A stretch of DNA of 64,000 bases from the sequence record MK250017.1. One strand, 5' to 3'. Position 1 is the first letter of the stretch, and each line of letters opens with the position of its first letter. The notes under the pieces are model-generated. The model was given only the letters and a program-made list of their open reading frames with translations, did no database searches and was not told the DNA's origin. Position numbers and translations under genes: made by a program. Positions 31,702-42,433 of this stretch are shown piece by piece.

Positions 31702-32580
31702 ATGAATTTAGTTTTTAAAAATAAAGGTACTACTGCTGGATTTGCTGCATGGCTTTCTGCTTTTAAGGAAATTCAAAGTTCACTTCTTATTGAATGTGAT
31801 TTGAAAGAGCAATGCTTTGTTTCGAAAGGATTTACTGCAGATCATACAGTTGTAAAGTATTCTAAGATTTCATTTGATAATGCAGGTTTGGAAATTCTCA
31901 ATATTAGAGATAATGATAATGTTGCATATTCAGTGGAAGAATGGAATGAAAAGTATAATGTACGTATTAAGATTGGTATCTTCATGATTCTACCTAAATT
32001 TATTTCTGTAATTGATATTTTTAAAGATACAGATTTTAATTTTACTGTAGATTTTGATGTATATAAATCACATACTGGTGATGAATTTCATGCACAGGCA
32101 ATTAAGATTAAATCACGTACAAATAGTATGAAGGTAAAGGATTGTAATATCTCCGAGTTTGAACAGGTTTCAGATGATTTGTTCTTTACACGAATTAATG
32201 TGATTGATAAGCCGATGTCATTTGAGATTCCTATGAGTGTATTGAAGAATTTGACAAGTATTTCTGGTATTTTTGTAACAGATGCAAAGAAAGATATTAT
32301 CAAATTTTATACAAAAATTGATGAAGGAACAAACAAATGGGGACTTTATGCGTATGATGATACAAATGAGTCTTATGATTATCTCTTAGGCTTTTTGACA
32401 AATGGTGAAGGTGTAGAGAATAGTGTTCCTATTTATAGAAGTAATTTCTTTACAGCAATTAATTTAAAAGGTGGTGATGATAGTGTTATTATTACATTAC
32501 CTGCAGATTCAAAACAGAAAGTACGTGTAGAATCAGTTGATGGTACTTCATATACAGTTTTATCAACTGTAACACAGTAA
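31702..32580 (+). CDS. probable sliding clamp, T4 gp45-like (292 aa)
   Basis: By-eye pattern: WLSAFKEIQSSLLI, IGIFMILPKFISVI, FEIPMSVLKNLTSIS, terminal YTVLS; replication-gene context. Confidence 0.5.
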   Translation: MNLVFKNKGTTAGFAAWLSAFKEIQSSLLIECDLKEQCFVSKGFTADHTVVKYSKISFDNAGLEILNIRDNDNVAYSVEEWNEKYNVRIKIGIFMILPKFISVIDIFKDTDFNFTVDFDVYKSHTGDEFHAQAIKIKSRTNSMKVKDCNISEFEQVSDDLFFTRINVIDKPMSFEIPMSVLKNLTSISGIFVTDAKKDIIKFYTKIDEGTNKWGLYAYDDTNESYDYLLGFLTNGEGVENSVPIYRSNFFTAINLKGGDDSVIITLPADSKQKVRVESVDGTSYTVLSTVTQ

Positions 32581-32649
32581 TTAATAAATAATAATTTTAA
32601 TATTTAATTTTATAAGTTTTTAAGTTTAATTTTTTAAAAATACTTTTTA

Positions 32650-33759
32650 ATGGCAAAATTTAATGAATTGACTCAGCGTTATGAGTGGGACGAACCTAAA
32701 GATGGTTCATTTAATTGGACTCCATATGAAGATGGATGGAATGGTACTTCACTTAAGGTGAATAAGAATATTAAGACAAAGAATAATGAGAAGGTATTTA
32801 GTCATGAATCTTATGCACAGGAATTGTATGATGCATATGCAAATGTTCATGTAATTGGTAGTAAGGAACTTGTTAAGAATTCACTTGTTCATATTTCTGA
32901 TATTGATACAATTGATGATGATACATTGATGCTTACTATTAATGGTGGTTCTAATAATGTAGTTGTTGACCTTAATAAGGAACATCAGTTCTTCAACCAG
33001 TTTAATGTTGGTGAAGATAAGACAATGGATAAGGAAATGTTTGTAGAAGCATTGAAGGATCCTAAGTTTAAGGAACAACTTCTTGGTATGGATTTGAATG
33101 CTAAGATTACAGAGGGTGATGTTGAGAAGGCATCTATCTGGAATGGTTATGTTGAAACACTTGAACGTGAGATGAAGGAGCAGATCACTAAGAAGTCTAA
33201 GGCATATTATGCGACAATTATGTCTACTAATAAGGGTGGATTTGTTGTTGATATTATGAATACCGTTAAGGCGTTTATGCCAGGTTCTATGGCTGCTGCA
33301 AACCGTGTTACTGATTTTGAGAGCATGGTTGGTAAGAAGTTTGAGGTTATGATTGAATCATATGATCCTAATTATGGATTTGTAGTAAGTCGTAAGAAGT
33401 TCTTGAAGACAATGCTTCCTGTTAAGCTTCGTGAACTTGAGGATATGTTGGAAACCGATAAGGACCATGTATTTGAGGGTAAGGTAACAGGTACTACATC
33501 ATTTGGTGTATTCGTAGAGCTTGATGAATTTATTACAGGTATGTTGCATAAGACACTTGTAAAGGATGAGACACGTGAGGCTATGCGTAATAATGAGATT
33601 GTTGCTGGTTCAAATGTACAGGTATATGTACATAAGATTGAGAAGAATCGTGTAATTTTGTCAGATGTTCCATCTGATGAACGTGATGCGGTTATTGCTC
33701 GCCGTGAGGCTGAAGAGGCAGCAGCAGATGCAGAAAAAGAAGAGAATAAAGTTAATTAA
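32650..33759 (+). CDS. S1 RNA-binding domain protein, ribosomal protein S1-like (369 aa)
   Basis: Two S1 repeats NKGGFVVDI..VKAFMPGS and GKVTGTTSFGVFVELDEFITGMLH; TAG-free. Confidence 0.8.
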   Translation: MAKFNELTQRYEWDEPKDGSFNWTPYEDGWNGTSLKVNKNIKTKNNEKVFSHESYAQELYDAYANVHVIGSKELVKNSLVHISDIDTIDDDTLMLTINGGSNNVVVDLNKEHQFFNQFNVGEDKTMDKEMFVEALKDPKFKEQLLGMDLNAKITEGDVEKASIWNGYVETLEREMKEQITKKSKAYYATIMSTNKGGFVVDIMNTVKAFMPGSMAAANRVTDFESMVGKKFEVMIESYDPNYGFVVSRKKFLKTMLPVKLRELEDMLETDKDHVFEGKVTGTTSFGVFVELDEFITGMLHKTLVKDETREAMRNNEIVAGSNVQVYVHKIEKNRVILSDVPSDERDAVIARREAEEAAADAEKEENKVN

Positions 33760-34055
33760 TGGAAAATAATAAACTTTTTGGGAACACTGCAGGTAATGTT
33801 AATATGCCTGCAGTGAATCCTTTAGATTATCCATCTGAAGTATGTCCAAATTGTGGATGCGAAATATTCGTACCAGGTATTATATTTAAGAAAATTCCTG
33901 GTGTATTGATTGGACAAGGTTCAGATGATACACAAGTTCCTTTGAAGATTTTTTATTGTGCTAATTGTAGAGAATTAAGTCCGTATGATAAAAAAATTAT
34001 TGAAAAAGGAAAGAAGAAAGTAGAAGAATCAAAAAAATCAAATTTAATTGTTTAA
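33759..34055 (+). CDS. zinc-ribbon protein (98 aa)
   Basis: CPNCG...CANC. Confidence 0.7.
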   Translation: MENNKLFGNTAGNVNMPAVNPLDYPSEVCPNCGCEIFVPGIIFKKIPGVLIGQGSDDTQVPLKIFYCANCRELSPYDKKIIEKGKKKVEESKKSNLIV

Positions 34056-34061
34056 ATTAAT

Positions 34062-34298
34062 ATGGAAGATATAAAGGTAATGCAACCATCTGATGGTAAT
34101 AAGTTCTATATGTGTACCGTTGTAATCGATGCAGAAAATCCTGATAATGGAAAACCTAAGAAGCAAACAGAAGTTCATTTGATTGAAGGTCCAACAGTAG
34201 GTTTTGTTGAGAAAAAGGTAACAGAGCAAATGGCGGGAACTATGTTTTCATGGCATATAAAGAATATAAGTGAGTCAAAGATTCAATTTGTATATTAA
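34062..34298 (+). CDS. hypothetical protein, possibly DUF4494-like (78 aa)
   Basis: FYMCTV...GKPKKQTEVHLI pattern; family call tentative. Confidence 0.6.
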   Translation: MEDIKVMQPSDGNKFYMCTVVIDAENPDNGKPKKQTEVHLIEGPTVGFVEKKVTEQMAGTMFSWHIKNISESKIQFVY

Positions 34299-34370
34299 TA
34301 TAAATTTTATTAACATAAGGATATTATCAAATTTAATTCTTTGATAATATCCTTTTTATTTTTATCTACT

Positions 34371-35183
34371 ATGAAATTTAAAAATTTAGAAGATAGGATG
34401 TTATACCTAAGAAGTTTAACAGACTATAAACTTATTCCAAATGATTATGTTTTAATTATGCTTGATGGCAGATCTTTTTCATCTACAATTAAACGGTATT
34501 TCAAAAAACCATTTGATGATACATTTATTAATATTATGAATGAAACTGCATTATATTTGTGTAATAATGTACAAGGTTGTAAATTTGCATATGTACAATC
34601 TGATGAAATTTCATTAATATTAACAGATTTTGAAACACCAGAAACAGACTCATTTTTTGGATATAGATTAGAAAAAATTTTATCATTATGTGCATCTATT
34701 GCAACATCTAAATTTAATCAATTAATGACAATTGAAGCGATTAATCGTTGTAATAAAGACACATATAATAAAGATGAAATTTTCAATTTAATTATGGATA
34801 TGAAATTGCATCAGTTTGATTGTAAAGCATGGAATGTTTCATCATATAATGATATATTTGCATGGCTACAATATCGTCAAAATGATTGTGAACGAAATAG
34901 TAAACAACAAACAGCAAGAGCATATCTATCTCATAAAGAATGTACAGGTAAACAAGCAGATGAACAAATTTCAGTACTAAAAGATAAGTATAATATTGAT
35001 TGGAATGATTTTGATGATGGGAAAAAATATGGACGCTTCATTTATAAAGAGGAAGTTCATATGAAATCAGAGCAGTTTGGAGAGTTTATCAGAGATAAAT
35101 TTGTAGTTCACAATGCATGGTTACTGCGTGATGAAAATGGTAAGAAAAACTTCGAAAAACTATCAAAAATTCCACAAAAATGA
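34371..35183 (+). CDS. thg1: tRNA(His) guanylyltransferase / Thg1-like 3'-5' polymerase (270 aa)
   Basis: MLDGRSFS, FAYVQSDEISL, FFGYRLEK, FDCKAW, YRQNDCERNS. Confidence 0.9.
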   Translation: MKFKNLEDRMLYLRSLTDYKLIPNDYVLIMLDGRSFSSTIKRYFKKPFDDTFINIMNETALYLCNNVQGCKFAYVQSDEISLILTDFETPETDSFFGYRLEKILSLCASIATSKFNQLMTIEAINRCNKDTYNKDEIFNLIMDMKLHQFDCKAWNVSSYNDIFAWLQYRQNDCERNSKQQTARAYLSHKECTGKQADEQISVLKDKYNIDWNDFDDGKKYGRFIYKEEVHMKSEQFGEFIRDKFVVHNAWLLRDENGKKNFEKLSKIPQK

Positions 35184-35253
35184 TTTAAAAATTGAGAAAT
35201 TTTTAACTTTTGATAAAAGATATATAAAATTTCTCAATTTTTTAATTGTTAAT

Positions 35254-35281
35254 AAACTTTAATACTTTTATCTACTATAAA
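35254..35281 (+). promoter_or_regulatory. putative middle-class promoter
   Basis: AAACTTT 35254 and TATAAA 35276. Confidence 0.55.
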
Positions 35282-35306
35282 TTAAAACAAATATAAGAAT
35301 TCGTCT

Positions 35307-36803
35307 ATGAATAATACGTATCTTGAAAACGTTATATTCNNNNNNNNNNNNNNNNNNNNNNNNCTTGTTTAGTCATTTAAAGGAAGTTATTTTACTAATC
35401 CTTATTTAAAAACTTTATTTGATATTATTAAACCACATATATTGGAATATAGAGCTGAACCAACTGAACAGCAATCTATAGATTTAGTAAAACTTGCAAA
35501 TAAAGAAGATAAGGTAACAGAAGATCAAATACATGCTTTATGGCAAACAAGAGATATGGTTAGCCAATATACAGATGAATGGTTAAATCAGAATACATAG
35601 GCATTTGGTGAATGGCAAAACCTTATGAGTGGTCTTAGACGTGTTATTGAATATGTAAAAACTATTCAAGCTGATGTTACATTTGAAAATTGTGCAGAGA
35701 TTGTTCAGCATGCGAAATCAATGTTTCAATCAGATACTAATTTTACATTGAACAATTCAAAAGGGCATGATTTCTTTGATCCTGTTAATCATAAGCAAAC
35801 TGAACTTGAAACTAGAAAGACTGGTTATAATTTTGTTGATCAGTGTTTGAAAGGTGGTTGGGCGAATAAAACATTAAATGTATTTATGGGTTCACCAAAA
35901 GTAGGTAAGTCTATGTGGCTTTGTAATTTATGTGCTAATTCTGTAAGAAATGGAGAGAATTCTGCATATATTACATTGGAGATGGCGTATCAGCTTGTTG
36001 CACAACGTATCGGTTCAAATCTTTTTAATATTCCTATCGAAGAATATGAAAAAAGTGCTGCAGATGCAAATTTTATGCAACAGAAGATGAAAGAATTTTA
36101 TATGAATTCACTTATCACGCCAGGTAAGTTTATCATAGAAGAATTCCCAACATCATCTGCAACTGTATATGATATAGAATCTTTCTTACTTAAATTAGAG
36201 GAAGAACTTTCTACTGAAGCAAAACCTTTTAAATTTAAGAACATTTTCATTGATTATGTTAATATCATGAAAGATGCGAAGAATCCTAATTCAGAAAGTA
36301 CATATTTAAAAATTAAATCTATTTGTGAAGATGTTCGTGCGATGGCACAAAGAAATAACTGGTGTGTTATTTCTTTAACTCAGACAAATAGAACTGCATA
36401 TGATTCAACTGATATTGGTATGAGTAATGTTTCTGAATCTGGTGGTTTGATTGCAACAGTTGATAGTTTATTCGGTATTATTCAATCTTCAATGATGCGT
36501 GTTGATAATACATATTATTTAAAAGCTGTTGCTATTCGAAATTCTGGACATATGGGAGATAAAAAGAAATTTGATTTTAATCCAACATATTTAAGAATTG
36601 AAGAAAATCTTGATGAAAATATTATTCCTGAAAATGTATCACTTGATGGTTTAGTAAAAGATAAACATAAGAATGATAATACAGGAAATAATAATTATCA
36701 GCAATATCCTATAAATGTTGGAGTTCGTCCAAATGTAATAGAATCACCTCAATTAGGATTAACAGAAACACAAATACAGGCACAAGATTTATTTAGCATG
36801 TAA
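35307..36803 (+). CDS. DnaB-family replicative helicase, T4 gp41-like (about 498 aa; spans N-gap; TAG at codons 22 and 98)
   Basis: Walker A GSPKVGKS, YITLEM, IFIDYVN, LTQTNR, VSESGGL; frame continuous from ATG 35307 across the 24 N. Confidence 0.88.
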
Positions 36804-36869
36804 TAAACATTTTTTAATTTTTATTATATAATTAATATACTAAAAATATCAAACATTATAAAAAGCAAT

Positions 36870-37361
36870 ATGGCAAGAATTAATACTACAAAGATGCTTA
36901 GTAATGATGGGTATTTTTCAAGTAATGACTATAATCCTGATCTTTCTAATCAAACAATGACTGTATCACCTCTTGTGGCAGATTAGTATGACTACGCTAT
37001 GACTGATGATATAGTCTTGTTACATGAAAGAAAAGATACAGAAGAAATATTATATAACATATGGATTAATTCACCATATGCTAAACAATATGAGGTAAAT
37101 TCTTCTACTTTTGTCATACCAAAGATACCTAAAGAAGAAACAAGTAAAATCTTTTATTACATGAAAAATAAGCTTGCAGAAGTAAAAACGTTATCTGCAT
37201 ATGAAATGGTAATCGCTATAAATGAATTCTTTAATTTTAATTATGATTATGTGGTAAAGAAAGTATTATCACCTAAACTTAAAGCAGAGATATTAGCAGA
37301 TTATTATAACAATGGAATGAAGGAACGAATGGATACTAATGCATCTGTGAAATTATTTTAA
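36870..37361 (+). CDS. hypothetical protein (163 aa, TAG at codon 39)
   Basis: ATG 36870 joins track ORF 36999; AAACATT 36805 / TATAAT 36827 upstream. Confidence 0.7.
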
Positions 37362-37386
37362 TATATTATTAATATAACACTATTAT

Positions 37387-37641
37387 ATGAATACAGAACT
37401 ATTAGAAAAACTTAATAAATTACATGAACAAATTCAAACGACAAAAGGTCAAATTGAATCATGTAAAACATTAAAGCATTATCGTAATATAAGATGGATT
37501 ATGAGAGGATATGATCATGATTATATCAATATGGTATTAAGTGATGAAGAAATGCGATTAATGGAAGATTTTCTTGATAAATTGATATACAAGAAGGAAA
37601 AAGAATTAAATGTTCTTAAAGAACAATTTTCTAAATATTAA
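37387..37641 (+). CDS. hypothetical coiled-coil protein (84 aa)
   Basis: ATG-TAA ORF. Confidence 0.65.
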   Translation: MNTELLEKLNKLHEQIQTTKGQIESCKTLKHYRNIRWIMRGYDHDYINMVLSDEEMRLMEDFLDKLIYKKEKELNVLKEQFSKY

Positions 37642-37752
37642 TAATTTTTGTTTATTTTTATAAAATAAACTGGTGAAACGTGATATTAAAGTGGAGATTC
37701 GAACTAAGATGACATCAGAAAAATTAATAGTTTAATTTAACAGAAGTTTATT

Positions 37753-39291
37753 ATGAGATTTATTAAGTCAAAGGAAAGCGAATTACATCCTAATTATGTA
37801 TCAAGAGTAATTCGTATTAAGGACGAGGATTTTTCTCCACACCCTCATCCAGATGTAACAAAGTTAAAGTGCTGCAGAATTGGTGGAGATACTATATATA
37901 ATGTTATTGTAAGTATAGATTCAAAACCTGGAAAGTATGTATTTTTCCCTGCAAGTACAAAGATCAATCCTGAATTTTTACGATATGCTAACTTATATCG
38001 TGATCCTGAAATGAATAGTAATCCAAATAAGACAGGATTTTTTGAAGAGAATGGTAGAGTAAAGTCACTTAAATTAAAAGCATCCTACGAAAAAACAGAT
38101 CCGTCAACCGGAGTAAAGGAAAATATATTTTTACCTAATGGAGTTTCAGATGGATTCTTGATTGAATTACAAGTTGTTCTAAATTTTATATTAGATACGT
38201 TTAATATAGAAGTAAATGAAAATGATATACCAGACAATACATGGTTTGATACTATTGAACATGAAGGGAAGGTTTGCTGGTTATCTAAGAAGTTTATTCC
38301 TAAAGTATTTACAGCAAAGAATAAAACTGGTGGTGATCAATCAAGATATAAGAGACGCTAGAAGAAATTAAAGAGGTTTAATAGAGTTATACCTGAACAG
38401 TTTAGATTTCATTATGATTCAACATTGGTAAAGAAGGTACCATTTGTTGTACAACCTACTGATTATATTCATATTTCGGGTAAAATGCATGGTTCATCGG
38501 TAATTTTTTCTTACGTTTTATGTAAGCAACAGTTAAATTGGAAGCAGAAAATTGCAAAGTATTTAACTGGTTATGAATTTAATAAGTATGATTACTTATA
38601 TGCATCTAGAACTGTTATTAAGAATCAATATATCATGAAAGAAGCAGGAAAAACCGGTAATGTTTATCATGTTGGTTTTTATGGATGTGATATATGGGGC
38701 GAAGCATTTAAAATTGTTAAACCACATCTTATTAAGGGAATGTCAGTTTATGCAGAAATTGTAGGATATACATCAACTAATAAGTATATACAAAAAGATT
38801 ATGACTATGAATGTGTTCCATTGAAGGATGGTGAAGATTATACATATGGAAAGCATTTTAAGATTTATGTATATCGTGTAACATTAACAAATGTCGATGG
38901 TGAAGTACATGAATTTTCACCAAGAGAAGTTCAAATATGGTGTAAGAATAATGATCTTATTGCAGTTCCAGAATATTATTATGGTAAAGCAAAAGATTTG
39001 TATCCAGACATTGATATAACAAATCATTGGCATGAAAATTTCTGGAATCGTATGGCATCTGATAAAAATTTCTATATGGAAATGGATTCACCTGATTGTA
39101 TAAATAAGGTTCCACATGAAGGTGTTGTTATTAAGATAGATGATATGATTCCTCGCGCATTCAAATTAAAGAGTTACCGCTTTTGCAATAAGGAAGAGAA
39201 AGAGTTAGATGCTGGTATAACAAATATTGAAGATGCACAATCTGAAAATATTGATAATGATGATTCAAATAGTTATATTGATGAACAATAA
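37753..39291 (+). CDS. RNA ligase, Rnl2/DRB0094-like with N-terminal accessory domain (512 aa, TAG at codon 203)
   Basis: Motif I SGKMHGSS, YASR, motif III YAEIVG, IIIa FKIYVYRV, IV HEGVVIK, V FKLKS; track ORFs joined across TAG 38359. Confidence 0.85.
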
Positions 39292-39358
39292 TTAATAAAT
39301 GATGATATTATATTGGAAAAATATGGTATCATCATTTTTTTGTTTTAAAAAATATGTG

Positions 39359-39366
39359 TATCTTTG
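39359..39366 (+). promoter_or_regulatory. Bacteroidota-type -7 element TATCTTTG
   Basis: GTGTATCTTTG upstream of ATG 39400. Confidence 0.65.
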
Positions 39367-39399
39367 TGATATAATAATTCAATTATAAAAATAAGAAAT

Positions 39400-39660
39400 A
39401 TGAATACAACATTAATAGAAATGATTAAAAACGAATATAAGAATCGTTTTAATAAAGAATTGACAGATAATGATACATTAAATACATTAGCTGCAGAAGC
39501 ATCATATATTCAGCAGGAAACATCTGATCTTATTGTTGATAAGGATGAGTTCATAAAGTTTTCTGTAATGTATGCATTTGATCGTGTATTTAATACTAAT
39601 ACTTGTATGGATTTTCTTCCTTTTGATAATACTATTCTTGATGATGATCTTCCTTTTTAA
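39400..39660 (+). CDS. hypothetical protein (86 aa)
   Basis: ATG-TAA; acidic DDDLPF tail. Confidence 0.7.
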   Translation: MNTTLIEMIKNEYKNRFNKELTDNDTLNTLAAEASYIQQETSDLIVDKDEFIKFSVMYAFDRVFNTNTCMDFLPFDNTILDDDLPF

Positions 39661-39688
39661 CTGATTGTTTAATAATTAATATATAAAA

Positions 39689-39991
39689 ATGAGTAATATT
39701 AAATTTTTCCCTATGGACCATCCAGATTTTTGGAGTCGTCCACAATATTTGAAGACCGGCTATACATTTCGTAATGGTGGTGGTGAAGGTGATATTGTAT
39801 TTACATTATTGGAAGATTTCGATGAAGAGAAATGTAATGATATAAAAGTATTGTGCCATAATATTCGTACTGGGTTTACACATACAGAAACATGGGATGA
39901 TACACAGTATTTAGAAGCATCATTTCGTAATGGTGAATATTTTCATTATAATAAAAAGTGCGATTGGTTAACAGAATATTATAAAAATTAA
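39689..39991 (+). CDS. hypothetical protein (100 aa)
   Basis: ATG-TAA ORF. Confidence 0.7.
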   Translation: MSNIKFFPMDHPDFWSRPQYLKTGYTFRNGGGEGDIVFTLLEDFDEEKCNDIKVLCHNIRTGFTHTETWDDTQYLEASFRNGEYFHYNKKCDWLTEYYKN

Positions 39992-39998
39992 AAATAGA

Positions 39999-41042
39999 AT
40001 GGAAACAATTATAATTTATATGCTGATAGCTATTATTATATCAGCTATTTGTTCTTTGTGTGAAGCTTGTTTGTCTTCAACACCAATGTCGTTTGTATCA
40101 ACACTTAAGGGGAAATCAGGCGCTGATATTTTGCGAAATTTTAAAGAGAATATGGATAAACCTTTATCTGCTATTCTTATTATTAATACAATCGCAAATA
40201 CAGTAGGTGCATCTATTGTTGGTTCTGCTGCTGCTTCTTATGCTGTTGAGCAAGGTATAGATGGTGCAACATTTATTGGTATTATATCTGCAATATTTAC
40301 TGTTCTAATTCTTATGTTTGCAGAAATATTACCAAAAACTATTGGTGCAAATTATTGGAAATCACTTACATTGTATGTAACTCGTGTAATTAATGTAATG
40401 ATTTATATTACATATCCATTAGTAAAATGTTTGAATTTTATTACACGTCTTATGAGTAATGAAAATGCTGTTTCAATTTCACGAGAAGAAATTATAGCGA
40501 TGACTGATGAAGGCGCAAAAGAAGGTGTTATTGATAAGAAGGAAAATATGATTATTCAACGTATATTGAAACTTAATCAATATAAAGCAGAAGATATTAT
40601 GACACCTGCAAGTGTTGTATATTCAGTTGCAGATTATGCAAATCTTTCTAAGAATAGTAATTTGTATGAGAGCCTTACGGATGGTAGTACATTTTCTCGT
40701 ATTCCTGTAATGAATAAAAGCAATTATTGTGTTGGATATATTCTTAAAGATGAGTTGGATTTGAATGATACAGATAATGTAAAGATTTCTGATATTACTC
40801 ATTCTATTCATAATTATATTGATTCTACAGATGTCGCAGATATATTTAATGATATGGTAAAGAATCATGAACATATTTCTGCAATTACAGATGAGTATGG
40901 AACATTTAGAGGTATTGTAACATTAGAAGATGTTATTGAAACAATTTTGAATATTGAAATTGTTGATGAAACAGATGATGTTCAGGATATGCAGGAATAT
41001 GCAAAGGAGCAGTATCATGAAGTAATGAAGGATAACATTTAA
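39999..41042 (+). CDS. CNNM/CorC/HlyC family (DUF21 + CBS) membrane protein (347 aa)
   Basis: SAICSLCEACLSS, ILIINTIAN, FAEILPKTIG; CBS pair FSRIPV...DEYGTFRGIVTLEDVIE. Confidence 0.9.
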   Translation: METIIIYMLIAIIISAICSLCEACLSSTPMSFVSTLKGKSGADILRNFKENMDKPLSAILIINTIANTVGASIVGSAAASYAVEQGIDGATFIGIISAIFTVLILMFAEILPKTIGANYWKSLTLYVTRVINVMIYITYPLVKCLNFITRLMSNENAVSISREEIIAMTDEGAKEGVIDKKENMIIQRILKLNQYKAEDIMTPASVVYSVADYANLSKNSNLYESLTDGSTFSRIPVMNKSNYCVGYILKDELDLNDTDNVKISDITHSIHNYIDSTDVADIFNDMVKNHEHISAITDEYGTFRGIVTLEDVIETILNIEIVDETDDVQDMQEYAKEQYHEVMKDNI

Positions 41043-41091
41043 TATAAACAAATAGTTACCTAACGAATATAATATAAAAATAATTTTATAT

Positions 41092-41895
41092 ATGAGTAAT
41101 ATTTTAATTATTCCCGATATACACGGACGTACATTTTGGAAAGAATGTATTAAGTGTTGTGAATATGATGAAATTATATTCTTAGGTGACTATTTGGATC
41201 CATATAGTTTTGAAGGAATATCAAAGCAAGAAGCATTAGATAATTTTAAAGAAATTTTAAAATTTAAATCTGATAATTATGATAAAGTAACTTTATTATT
41301 GGGTAATCATGATATGGAATATATTTCATATAATTTACCACGGGATCGTTATGATAGTAAAAACGGGAAAGAAATAAGACGATTATTTTTGGATAATATT
41401 GATATGTTTAATCTTGTAACATATCGATATATTAAAAATAAATTTATATCATTTAGTCATTCAGTAATTGGTCAATGTTGGATTAATGATATTAAAAATA
41501 TAGATAATAAGATTAATAGTATGAATATTATTGATTTTATTACATACCTTAATGATTTAGTTAAATCTGGTGATGAAAGAAAAATGGGAAATATTTTGAA
41601 TCATATAGGATATTCAAGATGTGGATATGATCCATATGGTTCTGTTATATGGGCTGATGTAAATGAAGCATTAGAATTTTGTTGGGAAGATAAAGAGAAA
41701 GTTAATAAACCAAAAGATATTGATTATCAAATTTTTAGTCATACTCAACAAAGTGAATTGCCTATTATAACTAAATATTATGCATGCTTGGATTGCAGAG
41801 CAGGATTTTTACTTAATTCAGAAGGTATACTTAGGAATATTACTAATAATGAAAAAGAATTTACTATTTCATTTAATTTAATTGATAATGATTGA
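41092..41895 (+). CDS. calcineurin-like metallophosphoesterase (267 aa)
   Basis: PDIHG, LGDYLD, LGNHD, FSHS, FSHT. Confidence 0.87.
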   Translation: MSNILIIPDIHGRTFWKECIKCCEYDEIIFLGDYLDPYSFEGISKQEALDNFKEILKFKSDNYDKVTLLLGNHDMEYISYNLPRDRYDSKNGKEIRRLFLDNIDMFNLVTYRYIKNKFISFSHSVIGQCWINDIKNIDNKINSMNIIDFITYLNDLVKSGDERKMGNILNHIGYSRCGYDPYGSVIWADVNEALEFCWEDKEKVNKPKDIDYQIFSHTQQSELPIITKYYACLDCRAGFLLNSEGILRNITNNEKEFTISFNLIDND

Positions 41896-42337
41896 TTATA
41901 GTGTTAATTATAGACGATATTGGTGGCATAAACGTTATGCAATTGTTTTTGTTACTAAATTAAGCACAATTACTTGCACAGGTACTAAATATACTGAAGA
42001 CTATGAAGAAGGGTTTCAAACTAATAGTGTTAATGTATATAAAGAATATTTAAAAACGTTATTAGATAAAAATCTAAAATGTTGTGTTATTGATAGAAAA
42101 TACAAAAAGCTTCTATTTAATAATATTAATAATGAATCAGATAATTATAATACATATTCTGATTATTGTATATTGGAAAAATATATTGGTGACAATAAAA
42201 CAATTATAGATTTTATGGAATTTAATTATAGTACTAATATATATTCAACATTATTAAATAGAGATAAAAATGATATGTATTTTCTAGCTAACATAAAATA
42301 TAAGGAATACTTAAATAAAGTATGGAATAAACATTAA
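41888..42337 (+). CDS. hypothetical protein (149 aa)
   Basis: ATG 41888 within track ORF. Confidence 0.65.
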   Translation: MIDYSVNYRRYWWHKRYAIVFVTKLSTITCTGTKYTEDYEEGFQTNSVNVYKEYLKTLLDKNLKCCVIDRKYKKLLFNNINNESDNYNTYSDYCILEKYIGDNKTIIDFMEFNYSTNIYSTLLNRDKNDMYFLANIKYKEYLNKVWNKH

Positions 42338-42433
42338 AAATATAAAAATATACAAAAATACATATTTATTTAAACTTTTTATTGTTTTAATAATATATGA
42401 ATATATAACATATTAATTTTAAAGATATTATAA

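Noticed and set aside
35340-35363. N-gap as a possible break or hidden element in the helicase
   Set aside because: Frame is continuous across 24 N and both sides read as one protein; true gap length is unknown, so nothing further is claimed.
37670-37722. tRNA-like TTCGAA loop upstream of the RNA ligase
   Set aside because: T-stem does not pair on either strand, and no acceptor, D or anticodon arms can be built; hammerhead and riboswitch cores also do not fit.
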